Assembly: GCF_001189295.1 (NCBI RefSeq)
Contig: NZ_CP012159.1
Span: 4,168,525-4,232,524, forward strand
Reading direction: 5' to 3'
DNA from: Chondromyces crocatus
GTDB taxonomy: Bacteria; Myxococcota_A; Polyangia; Polyangiales; Polyangiaceae
DNA length: 64,000 nucleotides
Below are positions 50,517-59,300 of this stretch, one piece after another. The notes below the pieces were generated by a model. That model did not search any database, had not been told where the DNA came from, and saw nothing but the letters and a program-made list of their open reading frames with translations. Both the position numbers and the translations under genes were made by a program. Position 1 is the first letter of the stretch; every line of letters begins with the position of its first letter.

Positions 50517-51911
50517 CTAGAACACGCGGTTCAGGCCGTTCAGTGCGGCGACGCGGTAGGCCTCGGCCATGGTCGGGTAGTTGAACGTGGTGTTCACGAA
50601 GTAGAGCAAGGTGTTCGCCTCGCCCTTCTGGGACATGATCGCCTGGCCGATGTGGATGATCTCGGCGGCGTTGTCGCCGAAGCAGTGGATGCCGAGCAGC
50701 TCCAGCGTGTCGCGGTGGAAGAGGATCTTGAGCATCCCCACGGTGCGGCCGGTGATCTGGGCGCGGGCCAGAGACTTGAACTGCGCCTGGCCGACCTCGT
50801 AGGGCACGCCGGCGGCGGTCAGCTCGCGCTCGTTGCGGCCGAGCGAGGAGATCTCGGGGGAGGTGTAGATGCCGGTGGGGATGTCCTGCACCAGGCGGTG
50901 CTCCAGGCGGCCCTCGACGATCTGCGTGCCGGCGAAGCGGCCCTGGTCGTACGCGGCGCTGGCGAGGGAGGGGAAGCCGACCACGTCACCGACGGCGTGG
51001 ATGTGGGGGACGGCGGTCTGGTAGGCGTCGTTCACCTTGAGGTTGCCGCGGCTGTCGATGGCGATGCCGAGCGCTTCGAGGCCCATGTCGACGGTGTTGC
51101 CGGAGCGGCCGTTCGCCCAGAGGAGGACGTCGGTCTTCAGGCGCTTGCCGCTCTTCAGGTCGAGGATCACGCCGTCATCGGCGGTCTCGACGCGCTCGAT
51201 CTCCTCGTTGTGGCGGATGATGCAGCCGAGATCGCGCAGGTGGTAGGAGAGGGCGTCGATGATCTCGTCGTCGAGGAACGAGAGCAGCTTCTCCCGCGTG
51301 TTCACGAGGTTCACCTTGACCCCGAGCATGCGGAACATGCTGGCGTACTCGCAGCCGATGACGCCCGCGCCGTAGATGGTCATCGACTGGGGCATCTCGA
51401 TCATGCCGAGGATGGTGTCGGAGTCGAAGACGCGCGGGTGGTTGAAGTCGATCTCCGGCGGGTGGTACGGGCGCGAGCCGGTGGCGATGACGAAGTGCTT
51501 GGCCGTGAGCGTGTCGGTGGCGCCGCGGGGCTGGATGACCTCCACGGTGTGCGCATCGACGAAGCGGGCGCGGCCCTCGACGACCTCGACGCGGTTCCGC
51601 TCGTAGAAGCCTTCGCGCATGCCGGCCTGGCGGTTCGTCACCGAGCCGGCGGTCTGCACCAGCTCGCGGAACGTGGGCCCGTGCCCGGCCGCCGCGCGGT
51701 GTCCGGGGAGGTTGCGCAGGTCGACGAGGCGCTGGATGGCGTGGCGCAGCGTCTTGGAGGGGATGGTGGCCGTGTGGGTGCAGGCGCCGCCCACCGCGCT
51801 GCGATCCTCGATCACGCACACCCGAAGGTTGGCCTTGGTACACTTCATGGCGGCACCTTCCCCACCGGGGCCGGTACCGATCACGACGACGTCGAAGGGA
51901 CGGATGCTCAT
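50517..51911 (-). CDS. sthA: Soluble pyridine nucleotide transhydrogenase (SthA/UdhA), flavoprotein disulfide reductase family
   Basis: [17 protein letters not shown]...[13 protein letters not shown]...the central and C-terminal dimerisation blocks, ending ...[16 protein letters not shown]; 464 aa. Confidence 0.85.
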   Translation of the reverse strand: MSIRPFDVVVIGTGPGGEGAAMKCTKANLRVCVIEDRSAVGGACTHTATIPSKTLRHAIQRLVDLRNLPGHRAAAGHGPTFRELVQTAGSVTNRQAGMREGFYERNRVEVVEGRARFVDAHTVEVIQPRGATDTLTAKHFVIATGSRPYHPPEIDFNHPRVFDSDTILGMIEMPQSMTIYGAGVIGCEYASMFRMLGVKVNLVNTREKLLSFLDDEIIDALSYHLRDLGCIIRHNEEIERVETADDGVILDLKSGKRLKTDVLLWANGRSGNTVDMGLEALGIAIDSRGNLKVNDAYQTAVPHIHAVGDVVGFPSLASAAYDQGRFAGTQIVEGRLEHRLVQDIPTGIYTSPEISSLGRNERELTAAGVPYEVGQAQFKSLARAQITGRTVGMLKILFHRDTLELLGIHCFGDNAAEIIHIGQAIMSQKGEANTLLYFVNTTFNYPTMAEAYRVAALNGLNRVF

Positions 51912-51934
51912 CAGGCCGGCATCCTAGGGAGCGC

Positions 51935-52585
51935 TCAACGTCGGGGCAACGTCCCGCCGACTGGAACGATGAGGCCGAGGCCGAAAACCAGGCCAATGGG
52001 CTCCATTTCCCACTGCCTCTTCTGATCGATCCACACCTCGGGCTGCCCGGCGAGCCACGCGACCTCCGCGATGCCGCGCAGCACGAGTCGCCGCGCCAGC
52101 GTGACGTCGATGCCGGTGCGCAGTCCCACGGACACGAGCCAAGGATCCTGGGTCTCGACGACGACGCGACCGTCTCCACGCGCGCGCAGCTCGCCGATGC
52201 CGAGCGACGTGCAGAGGAACCAGCGCCCGCGGTGCCCGCACACGGTGGGGACCGCCATCACGATCCCAGCGTCGATCGGATGCCTGGCCAGCACGGCCTC
52301 GCGATCGATGGAGAACAGCGTCCGCGCCTCCAGCGCGAACGACACCTCCGGCCAGCGGAAGCCGACGTAGGGAGCCACGCCGAGCGAGGGCCCCGGCAGG
52401 ACGCCGAACGCGAAGAGGGGAATGGCGCTCAGCTCCGCGTGAGGCCAGCCGTCGCTTCGAGACGTGGTGGCAGGTGCGGGAGCAGGAGCAGGAGCAGACG
52501 CGGGAGCAGGCGCGGGCGCCGTGGCGAATGCTGCCGTGGTGAACAGGGACGCCGCGAGCACCGCTGGTGCAATCAGCAGCTTCAC
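51935..52585 (-). CDS. Secreted hypothetical protein (signal peptide, Ala/Pro-rich linker)
   Basis: [39 protein letters not shown], then a beta-rich domain. Confidence 0.45.
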   Translation of the reverse strand: MKLLIAPAVLAASLFTTAAFATAPAPAPASAPAPAPAPATTSRSDGWPHAELSAIPLFAFGVLPGPSLGVAPYVGFRWPEVSFALEARTLFSIDREAVLARHPIDAGIVMAVPTVCGHRGRWFLCTSLGIGELRARGDGRVVVETQDPWLVSVGLRTGIDVTLARRLVLRGIAEVAWLAGQPEVWIDQKRQWEMEPIGLVFGLGLIVPVGGTLPRR

Positions 52586-53000
52586 GCGCGCACCTTAGGG
52601 CTGCGCGCAGGGTCCTTGGAAGCCGCATCGGAGCGCGCGTGGTGGTTCTCGATCGATTGTGCTGATCGTATTTGTTTTGCCAAAACAATCGGTGAGGCAG
52701 GCGCCGTATCGTGCAAGAGCGTCTGTATCGACGAAGTTGCTGCGGATTGTCGTGACCGGAGGCAAGTCCGCTCGCTGCGCCACCAATTCGTGATTCCGAG
52801 CACTGGCGTCCGAGGTCGCTGCGCGCCCCGGTGAGCGGATCCGACCATGCACGCAGATCATGATCCCATGGCCATGTATGCGAAGTGTGAATGGATGAGG
52901 GGAAGGGCCCGCAGGAGGGGTCCTGGTTCTGCGGGAATTTGCGAAGGGCGTGGGGAGGCCCGGAAGGCCCGGGAAAAGGGCGCCTGCTGGCCGGAACTAA

Positions 53001-54809
53001 GTGAGTATGAGGCGCGCCCGCCGAAAGCTCAGCCAGAACGGTCCCCTGGACAAGGAGCGTGCCTTTCGGCTCCTGTTCCGGAAGAAGACTTTCGCGTCGG
53101 TATGGCACTGGCTGGAGCGCCTGGGGGTACCGGTCCGGGATCGGCGGGACGTGGCGCAAGAGGTGTTCATGGCCGCGCACCAGAGCTTCCACACCTACGA
53201 TCCGATGCGCTCGCGTCCGGAGCGCTGGCTGAACAAGATCACGGTGCACGTGGCGGCGCATTACCGTGACCGGGCCCAGCACCGGCGTGAGGAGCTGACG
53301 CCGGACGATCATGACGATGTGGTGGACGAGCAGCCGGGCCCCGACGAGCTGATCGGTGTAGAGGAGGAGCGGCTGGAGGTGATCGACCTGCTCCAGACGC
53401 TGGACGTGGAGCTGCGTGCGGTGCTGATCGCGCACGACATCGACGGCATCCCGATGATGGAGATCGCCGATCAGCATGGGATCCCGCTGTCGACGGCATA
53501 CAAGTGGCGGGCGCGCGCGGTGAGCGCGTTCAAGGCGGCGGTGGAGCAGCGGCGTCGCGAGGAAAACGAGCGGATCGGCGGGGTGGCCATCTTCGGGCTG
53601 CTCGATACGGACGCCGTCCTGGCGACGCTGCGGCGCGCCGTGGACGCCACCCGCGCGCTGCCAGAGGAGGTCGCGGCGGCGCGGTCCGAGACGATCGAGG
53701 CGATGCGCGAGGCGTTCCTCGAGCAGGTCGGTGGTGGATCGCGGCCCTTCGAGGGGGAAGAGGGCAAGGAGGGGGGCAAGGAGGAAGCGTCGAGCGACGA
53801 GCGGGAGACGCGCGAATCCGGGGACCCGCGGGACGCGCGCGCGCTGGACGAGGGCGACACGCGCGCGCCCGGGAAGCGCGACGCTGGTGCGCAGCAGGAG
53901 GGAGGACCTGGGAGCGGGGGGTCGACCTCGGTGCGGGGTGGGTCAGAGGCGCTGCGCGGAAAGCGCGCCACGGCCGTGAAGGTGATGACGGCCTCGGTGG
54001 CAGCGCTGGGGATCACGGTGGGCGTGCTGTGGCCAAAAGCGAGCGCGACACCGCTGAACATGGCGGCGCAAGGGGGAGAAGGCTTCGTGGAGCCGGCCGC
54101 TTCTGCGCTCGTCGTCGGCGTAGCGGCCGTCGTCGGCGCTGCGGCCGTCGTCGGCGCGGCGGCGCCCGATGTGTACGCGATGGAAGCGTCTGCGTCGGGG
54201 GGGGCGGAGGCTTCCTCTGCGAGCGCGGTCTCCACGGCGATGGTGCCATCGTCGGCGAGGGGCGTCGCTGGGGGGCCGGTGCTGGGGGGCGTCGCGCCTC
54301 CGGCGGGATTTCGGAAGGGGTCGTCGCCAGGAGCGCTGCATGTCACCGCGGGGCCGGCTGCCCATGGAAGCCAGGTGCCTCGCGTGACGCCTGCGCGAAG
54401 CGTTTTCGCCGACGCCCTGTCGGTCGCCGCGACACCGGCACCAGCGGCCCCGGCCATCGCGACAGCGGCCCCGGCCATCGCGACAGCGGCCCCGGTGATC
54501 GTGGACGCTCCGGGGGAGAGGATGTCCGCGAAGGTCGCTCCCGATCAGGATTTGATCCTGTTCGATCTGGCCCGGGCTGCGCTGAAACGGAGGGATGGCG
54601 GCGAGGCCCTTCGCCTGCTCGAACAGCATACGCGCGCGGTGCGGACGACGCGCTTCGCTCCCGAGCTGATGCTGGTACGCGTCCGCGCGCTGATCCTGAC
54701 GGGCCAGGAAGGCGAGGCGCGGGTGGCCGCCAGGCGTCTGGTGAAAATTTCTCCGAGTGCGCTGCGGTGGTCCGAGGTCAGGAAGCTGGTCGAGTCGCGG
54801 ATGGACTGA
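53001..54809 (+). CDS. ECF-type sigma-70 factor fused to a C-terminal extension (TM plus Ala-rich extracytoplasmic region plus a terminal helical repeat domain)
   Basis: Region 2 (VAQEVFMAAHQSFHTYDP...WLNKITVH) and region 4 (LRAVLIAHDIDGIPMMEIADQHGIPLSTAYKWRARAVSAFK) within the first ~190 aa. Then an acidic linker, TM VMTASVAALGITVGVLW and a ~250-aa C-region, all in one frame. Confidence 0.6.
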   Translation: MSMRRARRKLSQNGPLDKERAFRLLFRKKTFASVWHWLERLGVPVRDRRDVAQEVFMAAHQSFHTYDPMRSRPERWLNKITVHVAAHYRDRAQHRREELTPDDHDDVVDEQPGPDELIGVEEERLEVIDLLQTLDVELRAVLIAHDIDGIPMMEIADQHGIPLSTAYKWRARAVSAFKAAVEQRRREENERIGGVAIFGLLDTDAVLATLRRAVDATRALPEEVAAARSETIEAMREAFLEQVGGGSRPFEGEEGKEGGKEEASSDERETRESGDPRDARALDEGDTRAPGKRDAGAQQEGGPGSGGSTSVRGGSEALRGKRATAVKVMTASVAALGITVGVLWPKASATPLNMAAQGGEGFVEPAASALVVGVAAVVGAAAVVGAAAPDVYAMEASASGGAEASSASAVSTAMVPSSARGVAGGPVLGGVAPPAGFRKGSSPGALHVTAGPAAHGSQVPRVTPARSVFADALSVAATPAPAAPAIATAAPAIATAAPVIVDAPGERMSAKVAPDQDLILFDLARAALKRRDGGEALRLLEQHTRAVRTTRFAPELMLVRVRALILTGQEGEARVAARRLVKISPSALRWSEVRKLVESRMD

Positions 54810-54868
54810 AATCGAGCGCACCGTCGGCGGGCTGCTCGTTTTCGAGGGAGAGCTGGTAGACTTGCCGC

Positions 54869-55486
54869 ATGCGTGCTTCGGTGGTGGTTTCCTTGGCCGC
54901 TTTCGCGGCGATGAGCGTGGGAGCTGGTCGCGCGTCCGCGCACGAACTCTACGTGACGGCGCTCCCCAACGCGGGTGAGCCCAGGGCCGTGGGGGCCTCG
55001 TCGGGGACTGGACGTTGCGATTTCTGCCACGCCGGGGCCCAGGTGGGGGGGATCCTCGGGGGAACGCGGACCGCGTTCGGTGAGTTGTTCGTCAACCAGG
55101 GGGCGAACCCCGACAACGCCTTCGCGCTGTGGCTGAACCTCTCCCGCGAGGACACCGATGGGGACCAGGTCACGAACGGGGTGGAGCTGGGCGATCCTTG
55201 CGGGGAGTGGACGCGAGAGGAAGAGCCGGAGCGCACGACCGACATCAGCAATCCTGGAGACGCGAGCGACACGACGAGCGCGGTGGGGAAGGAGTGCATT
55301 CCGCTCGACCTGAGGTCGGCGGGAGCTGGGCCAGCCCCGGCGCATCCCGGGTTCGAGCCGGGGTTCTGCGCCGTGCGCGGTGGGCCTGGTGCCGGGCAGG
55401 GGAGTTCTCCGTGGATCTTCGCCGCGACCGCGGCCGCCGTTGCGCTCCTGCGCGAGGGGCGAGGGCGTCGACGCCGCGGCGCCTGA
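54869..55486 (+). CDS. Secreted protein with MYXO-CTERM-like C-terminal sorting signal
   Basis: Signal peptide MRASVVVSLAAFAAMSVGAGRASA. C-terminus is ...CAVRGGPGAG...WIFAATAAAVALLREGRGRRRRGA (Cys, hydrophobic, basic). Confidence 0.5.
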   Translation: MRASVVVSLAAFAAMSVGAGRASAHELYVTALPNAGEPRAVGASSGTGRCDFCHAGAQVGGILGGTRTAFGELFVNQGANPDNAFALWLNLSREDTDGDQVTNGVELGDPCGEWTREEEPERTTDISNPGDASDTTSAVGKECIPLDLRSAGAGPAPAHPGFEPGFCAVRGGPGAGQGSSPWIFAATAAAVALLREGRGRRRRGA

Positions 55487-55584
55487 TTCCTGCTGCATCG
55501 CGAGCGTCGGGGCCGAGAGGCCCTGAGCCAGGGGCCGCAGTCCTCCTGCCAGGGGCCGCAGTCCTCCTGCCAGGGGCCGCAGTC

Positions 55585-56265
55585 CTAGGGAGCGGGCGAG
55601 GGGCTGGCTGGCGGTCCGGGGGGTGTGGGCTTTCCGGGGGGCGTGGCCTCCTCGGGCGCCTTCGCTGGGCGCGCGTAGCGGATGAACACGACGTGGCTGT
55701 GGCCTTCGCTCGGGGCCGTCCTGAGGGCGAGCTGCTCGCCTGCGACGAGCTTGCGGAAGTGATCCGCCGTGAGCCGCAGCCCGTGGCCGTGCGGGGAGAT
55801 GCCCTGGACCTCGTAGCTGCGGTCCTGCGGATCGGCGATGTGCGCGGCGGGGATGATGAGCTCGTGGTCGTCCTTCCCGCCGATCTGGATCTGGCAGACG
55901 TTGACGCGCTCGGGGGGCTCCTCGGCGGGGGCGCAGCGCACCAGGAGGCGGTGGATGTGTCCTCCTTCACGGCTGCAAGGGGCGCGGAGGATCTCGCCGG
56001 CGCCGAGCTTGCGAAAGTCGTCGGGGGTGAGCGTGATCGCGTGCGGGTGGCCGGCGGTGCCGGTGAGGTCGTAGGTCTTCTCGACGCAGGCCTTGATGTC
56101 GTCGAGGTGGACCTGGAAGAGGTGCCCGTGGTTCGTGCCGACGCGGGCGTCGATGCGGGTCAGGTCGGTCCTGGGCTTGCCGCACTCGTCGGCGTGGGCC
56201 GCGTCCGGGAGCAGGGGAAAGGCAGCGAGCGACGCGCCGAGATGCAGGAGGGTGCGGCGGTGCAT
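55585..56265 (-). CDS. Tat-signal secreted protein with two internal ~50-aa His/Cys-containing repeats
   Basis: MHRRTLLHLGASLAAFPLL (RR motif). Repeats TYDLTGTAGHPHAITLTPDDFRKLGAGEILRAPCSREGGHIHRLLV and SYEVQGISPHGHGLRLTADHFRKLVAGEQLALRTAPSEGHSHVVFI. Confidence 0.5.
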   Translation of the reverse strand: MHRRTLLHLGASLAAFPLLPDAAHADECGKPRTDLTRIDARVGTNHGHLFQVHLDDIKACVEKTYDLTGTAGHPHAITLTPDDFRKLGAGEILRAPCSREGGHIHRLLVRCAPAEEPPERVNVCQIQIGGKDDHELIIPAAHIADPQDRSYEVQGISPHGHGLRLTADHFRKLVAGEQLALRTAPSEGHSHVVFIRYARPAKAPEEATPPGKPTPPGPPASPSPAP

Positions 56266-56367
56266 GGGTGGGGGTCGATGCTAGCGGACGTCCAGGGCCC
56301 TCGGGGCGACGCAGGTGTGCTGCCCGCGAGCACGTGAGGCGTCCGTCGCGAGGGCGCCGGTGGTAGG

Positions 56368-59300
56368 TTGGCGTCTCCCATGGGGCCACTCGAGGATCCC
56401 GCCCAGGAACCCGCCGACGGCTCCACCTTGATCGACGCTTCGGGCGGTACGCTGCCCGATCCGTCGGGAAGGGCGGGGAGCGGGCGCGTGACCTCGCCCG
56501 AGGGGCCCGCGGTGCGGGAGCGGGCACCGGGGGACGTGCTCGATCGGCGCTACCGGCTGTGCGCGCGGATCGGGCGGGGTGGGTTCGGTGACGTGTGGCG
56601 CGCCGAGGAGCTGTTGCCCGGTGGGGCGGCGTTCCGGCAGGTGGCGCTGAAGCTGCTCGTCGCGGACTTCGCGGACGCGGCGCACTGGATGAAGGAGGCG
56701 AAGCTGCTCGCGTCCTTCCGGCATCCGTCGCTGGTGACGGTGTACGCGGCGGGGATCTTGAACGACGCGCCGCCGAGCGTCGCAGGGGCGTCGGTCCCTC
56801 CGCTGCCTTCGACGCCTTCGGTGCCCTCGGTGCCTTCAGGGCCGGTGGCGAGTGGCTCGGTTCCACCAGCGCGTCCGCTGCCGTTCGTGGCGATGGAGCT
56901 GCTGGAGGGGTGCACGCTGGCCGAGGTGCTCAAGCAGCGGGGGGCGATCCCCTGGCGTCGGGTGCTGGCCTGGGCGCGGGATGTGGCTGCGGCGCTGGAC
57001 GTGATCCACGCGCGGGACGTGGTGCACCTGGATCTGAAGCCGGCGAACCTGTTCCTCGACCGCGATGGGGCGGTGAAGGTGCTCGACTTCGGCATCTCGC
57101 GGCAGTCGGGCGCGCAGCCGGTGCGGGCGCTCCGAGCGCACGGGCCGCCGTCGATGCGGGAGGTGGACGACAGCGCTCCGACGGCGGCGCTGGTGCCGGG
57201 GCAGACGGCGTTCGCGGCGACGCGACCGGCCGCGCCCGCGGTGGCGACTGCGGCGGGGCGGACGGCGCGCGGGGTGGTGGGGACGCCGGGGTTCATCGCG
57301 CCGGAGGTGATCGGGATGGCGGAGCCGAGCGCTGCCACGGACGCCTATGCACTGGCGGTGTGCGTCGTGCAGCTCGCGACGGGGATGCTGCCGCACGCGG
57401 CGCCCGAGGAGCCGAAGGACTGGTCGGATCCGTCGAGCGTCAGCGCGTGGTGGTCGGCGCTGCGCGAGGCGACGCTGGGGGGGAAGCTGCGGGATCTGGC
57501 GGCCGATCCGGCGCGGCTCCCGCAGGGGCTCCTCGCGCTCCTCACGCGGTTGCTCGCACCGGAGCCCGCGGCGCGGGGGGTCGTCGCGGGGCGGCTGCGG
57601 GCGCTGCTCGACGAGGTGTGGCTGAGGCCCCACGGGGTGCCGGCGGTGCCGTACGCGGGGCTCGCGGCGCTGCCGTCGACGTTCGAGGGGGTGCTGTTCG
57701 GTCGCGACGACGATCTGGGTCGGCTGGGTCGGGAGCTGGAGTTCGAGCCCGCGGTGGTGCTGGTGGGGGCGCGCGGGGTCGGGAAGACGTCGCTCGCATG
57801 CGCGGGGCTCGCGCCGACGCTGGCGCGGGGGCAGGTCGATCAGAAGGACGACTGGGCCGTGGTGATGGTACGGCCGGGCGAGGATCCGGAGGGCGCGCTC
57901 GCGGCGGCGCTGGGAGAGGTTTCGCCCGAGCTTGCGACGGTGGACGTGGACACGCTGCTGCGCTGGTGTGCGCTGTCGCCGGTCGGGCTCGCGGTGGTGG
58001 TGGATCCGATGGACGAGCTGGCGGTGGCCGCGGAGAAGTCCGGGCGGCTCGCTGCGCTGTGCGCGGCCCTCGGCGCTGGCGAGTGCCTGCCCGGGGTGCG
58101 CTTGATCGGGGTGCTGGGGGAAGATCTGGCGCCGGTGTTGCTGGACGGGCCGCTGGGGGATCGGCTGCGCGGGGCGCTCCGGTACGTGGGGCCTCCGGCG
58201 GCGTCGACGGTGCGGGATCTGGTCCAGGGGCCAGCGCGGCTCCGGGGCGCGCGGCTCGAAGGGATCGAGCCGGTGATCCTGGAGGTGCGGCGGGAGCTGC
58301 GAGAGAACGCGGGGGCGCTGCCGTTCGTGGCGCTGGCGCTCTCGGCGTTCTGGGGAGCGCGGCGCACGATCGGGGGGCAAGAGAGCCTGAGCGGGGAGGC
58401 ATGGAAGCGGCTCGGGGGTGTGCGCGGCGCGCTGGCACGCCACGCCGATCGGGTGTTCGCGTCGCTCTCGGCGCCGGAGCGTTCGCTGGCAGAGGAGATC
58501 TTGCTCCGGCTCGGCGCTGCGGACGAGTCGCCGCTTCGCTGGCAGGAGCAGGAGCTGATCGAGGTGGTGGCGTCCGATGGGGACGCGGTGCGCGCGCTGG
58601 TGGGCGTGGCAGGCGTGGCGGGCGTGGCGGGCGCTGCGGGCGCCGAAGGCGGGGCGTCGGGGCCAGTGAGCGTGGCGCGGGGAGCCGCAGGGGTTGCAAG
58701 TCCGCCCGGGGGGGCGTCGGGAGCTGCCGATGCGGGAGGCGCGGGGGGAGAAGCGGCCGTCGGCCAGGTGCTCGCGACGCTGGAGCGCGCGTTGCTGGTG
58801 CGGCGCCGTGGTGGGGCCGTGGAGGTGAGCCATCCGGGGCTGCTCACCGGGTGGCCGCTGCTGCGGGCGGTGCGGGACCGGGAGGCGCCGCGGTTGCGCG
58901 TGCTGGAGCGGCTGCGCGAGGCCGCGGACGCCTGGGAGCGCTCGGGGTACAGCGCCGCGCTGCTGCTGCGCACCGACGAGCTGCGCAAGGTGCCGGCGCA
59001 CGGCTTGACGCGCGGAGAGCTCGAGCTGGTGCGCGCGAGCCGGCGACGGGCGGGCTTCCGGCTGGCGCGGAGGATCGGGACGGGGGTGCTGCTCTCGGCG
59101 CTCCTCGTGGGCGCGGTGGGGACCGAGCGGGTGATGGCCACACGCCAGTCCGAGGCCGACGCGGCGCGGCGTGCGGCCGAGGCGCGGGCGGATCTGGCGG
59201 AGATCCTCGACAAGTCCCGGCGCACCGAGGATCCGTACGCGCGCGCCGCGTTCGCAGCCGAGGCGATGGCGCGTGGGTCGACGGACGCGATGCTGCCGCT

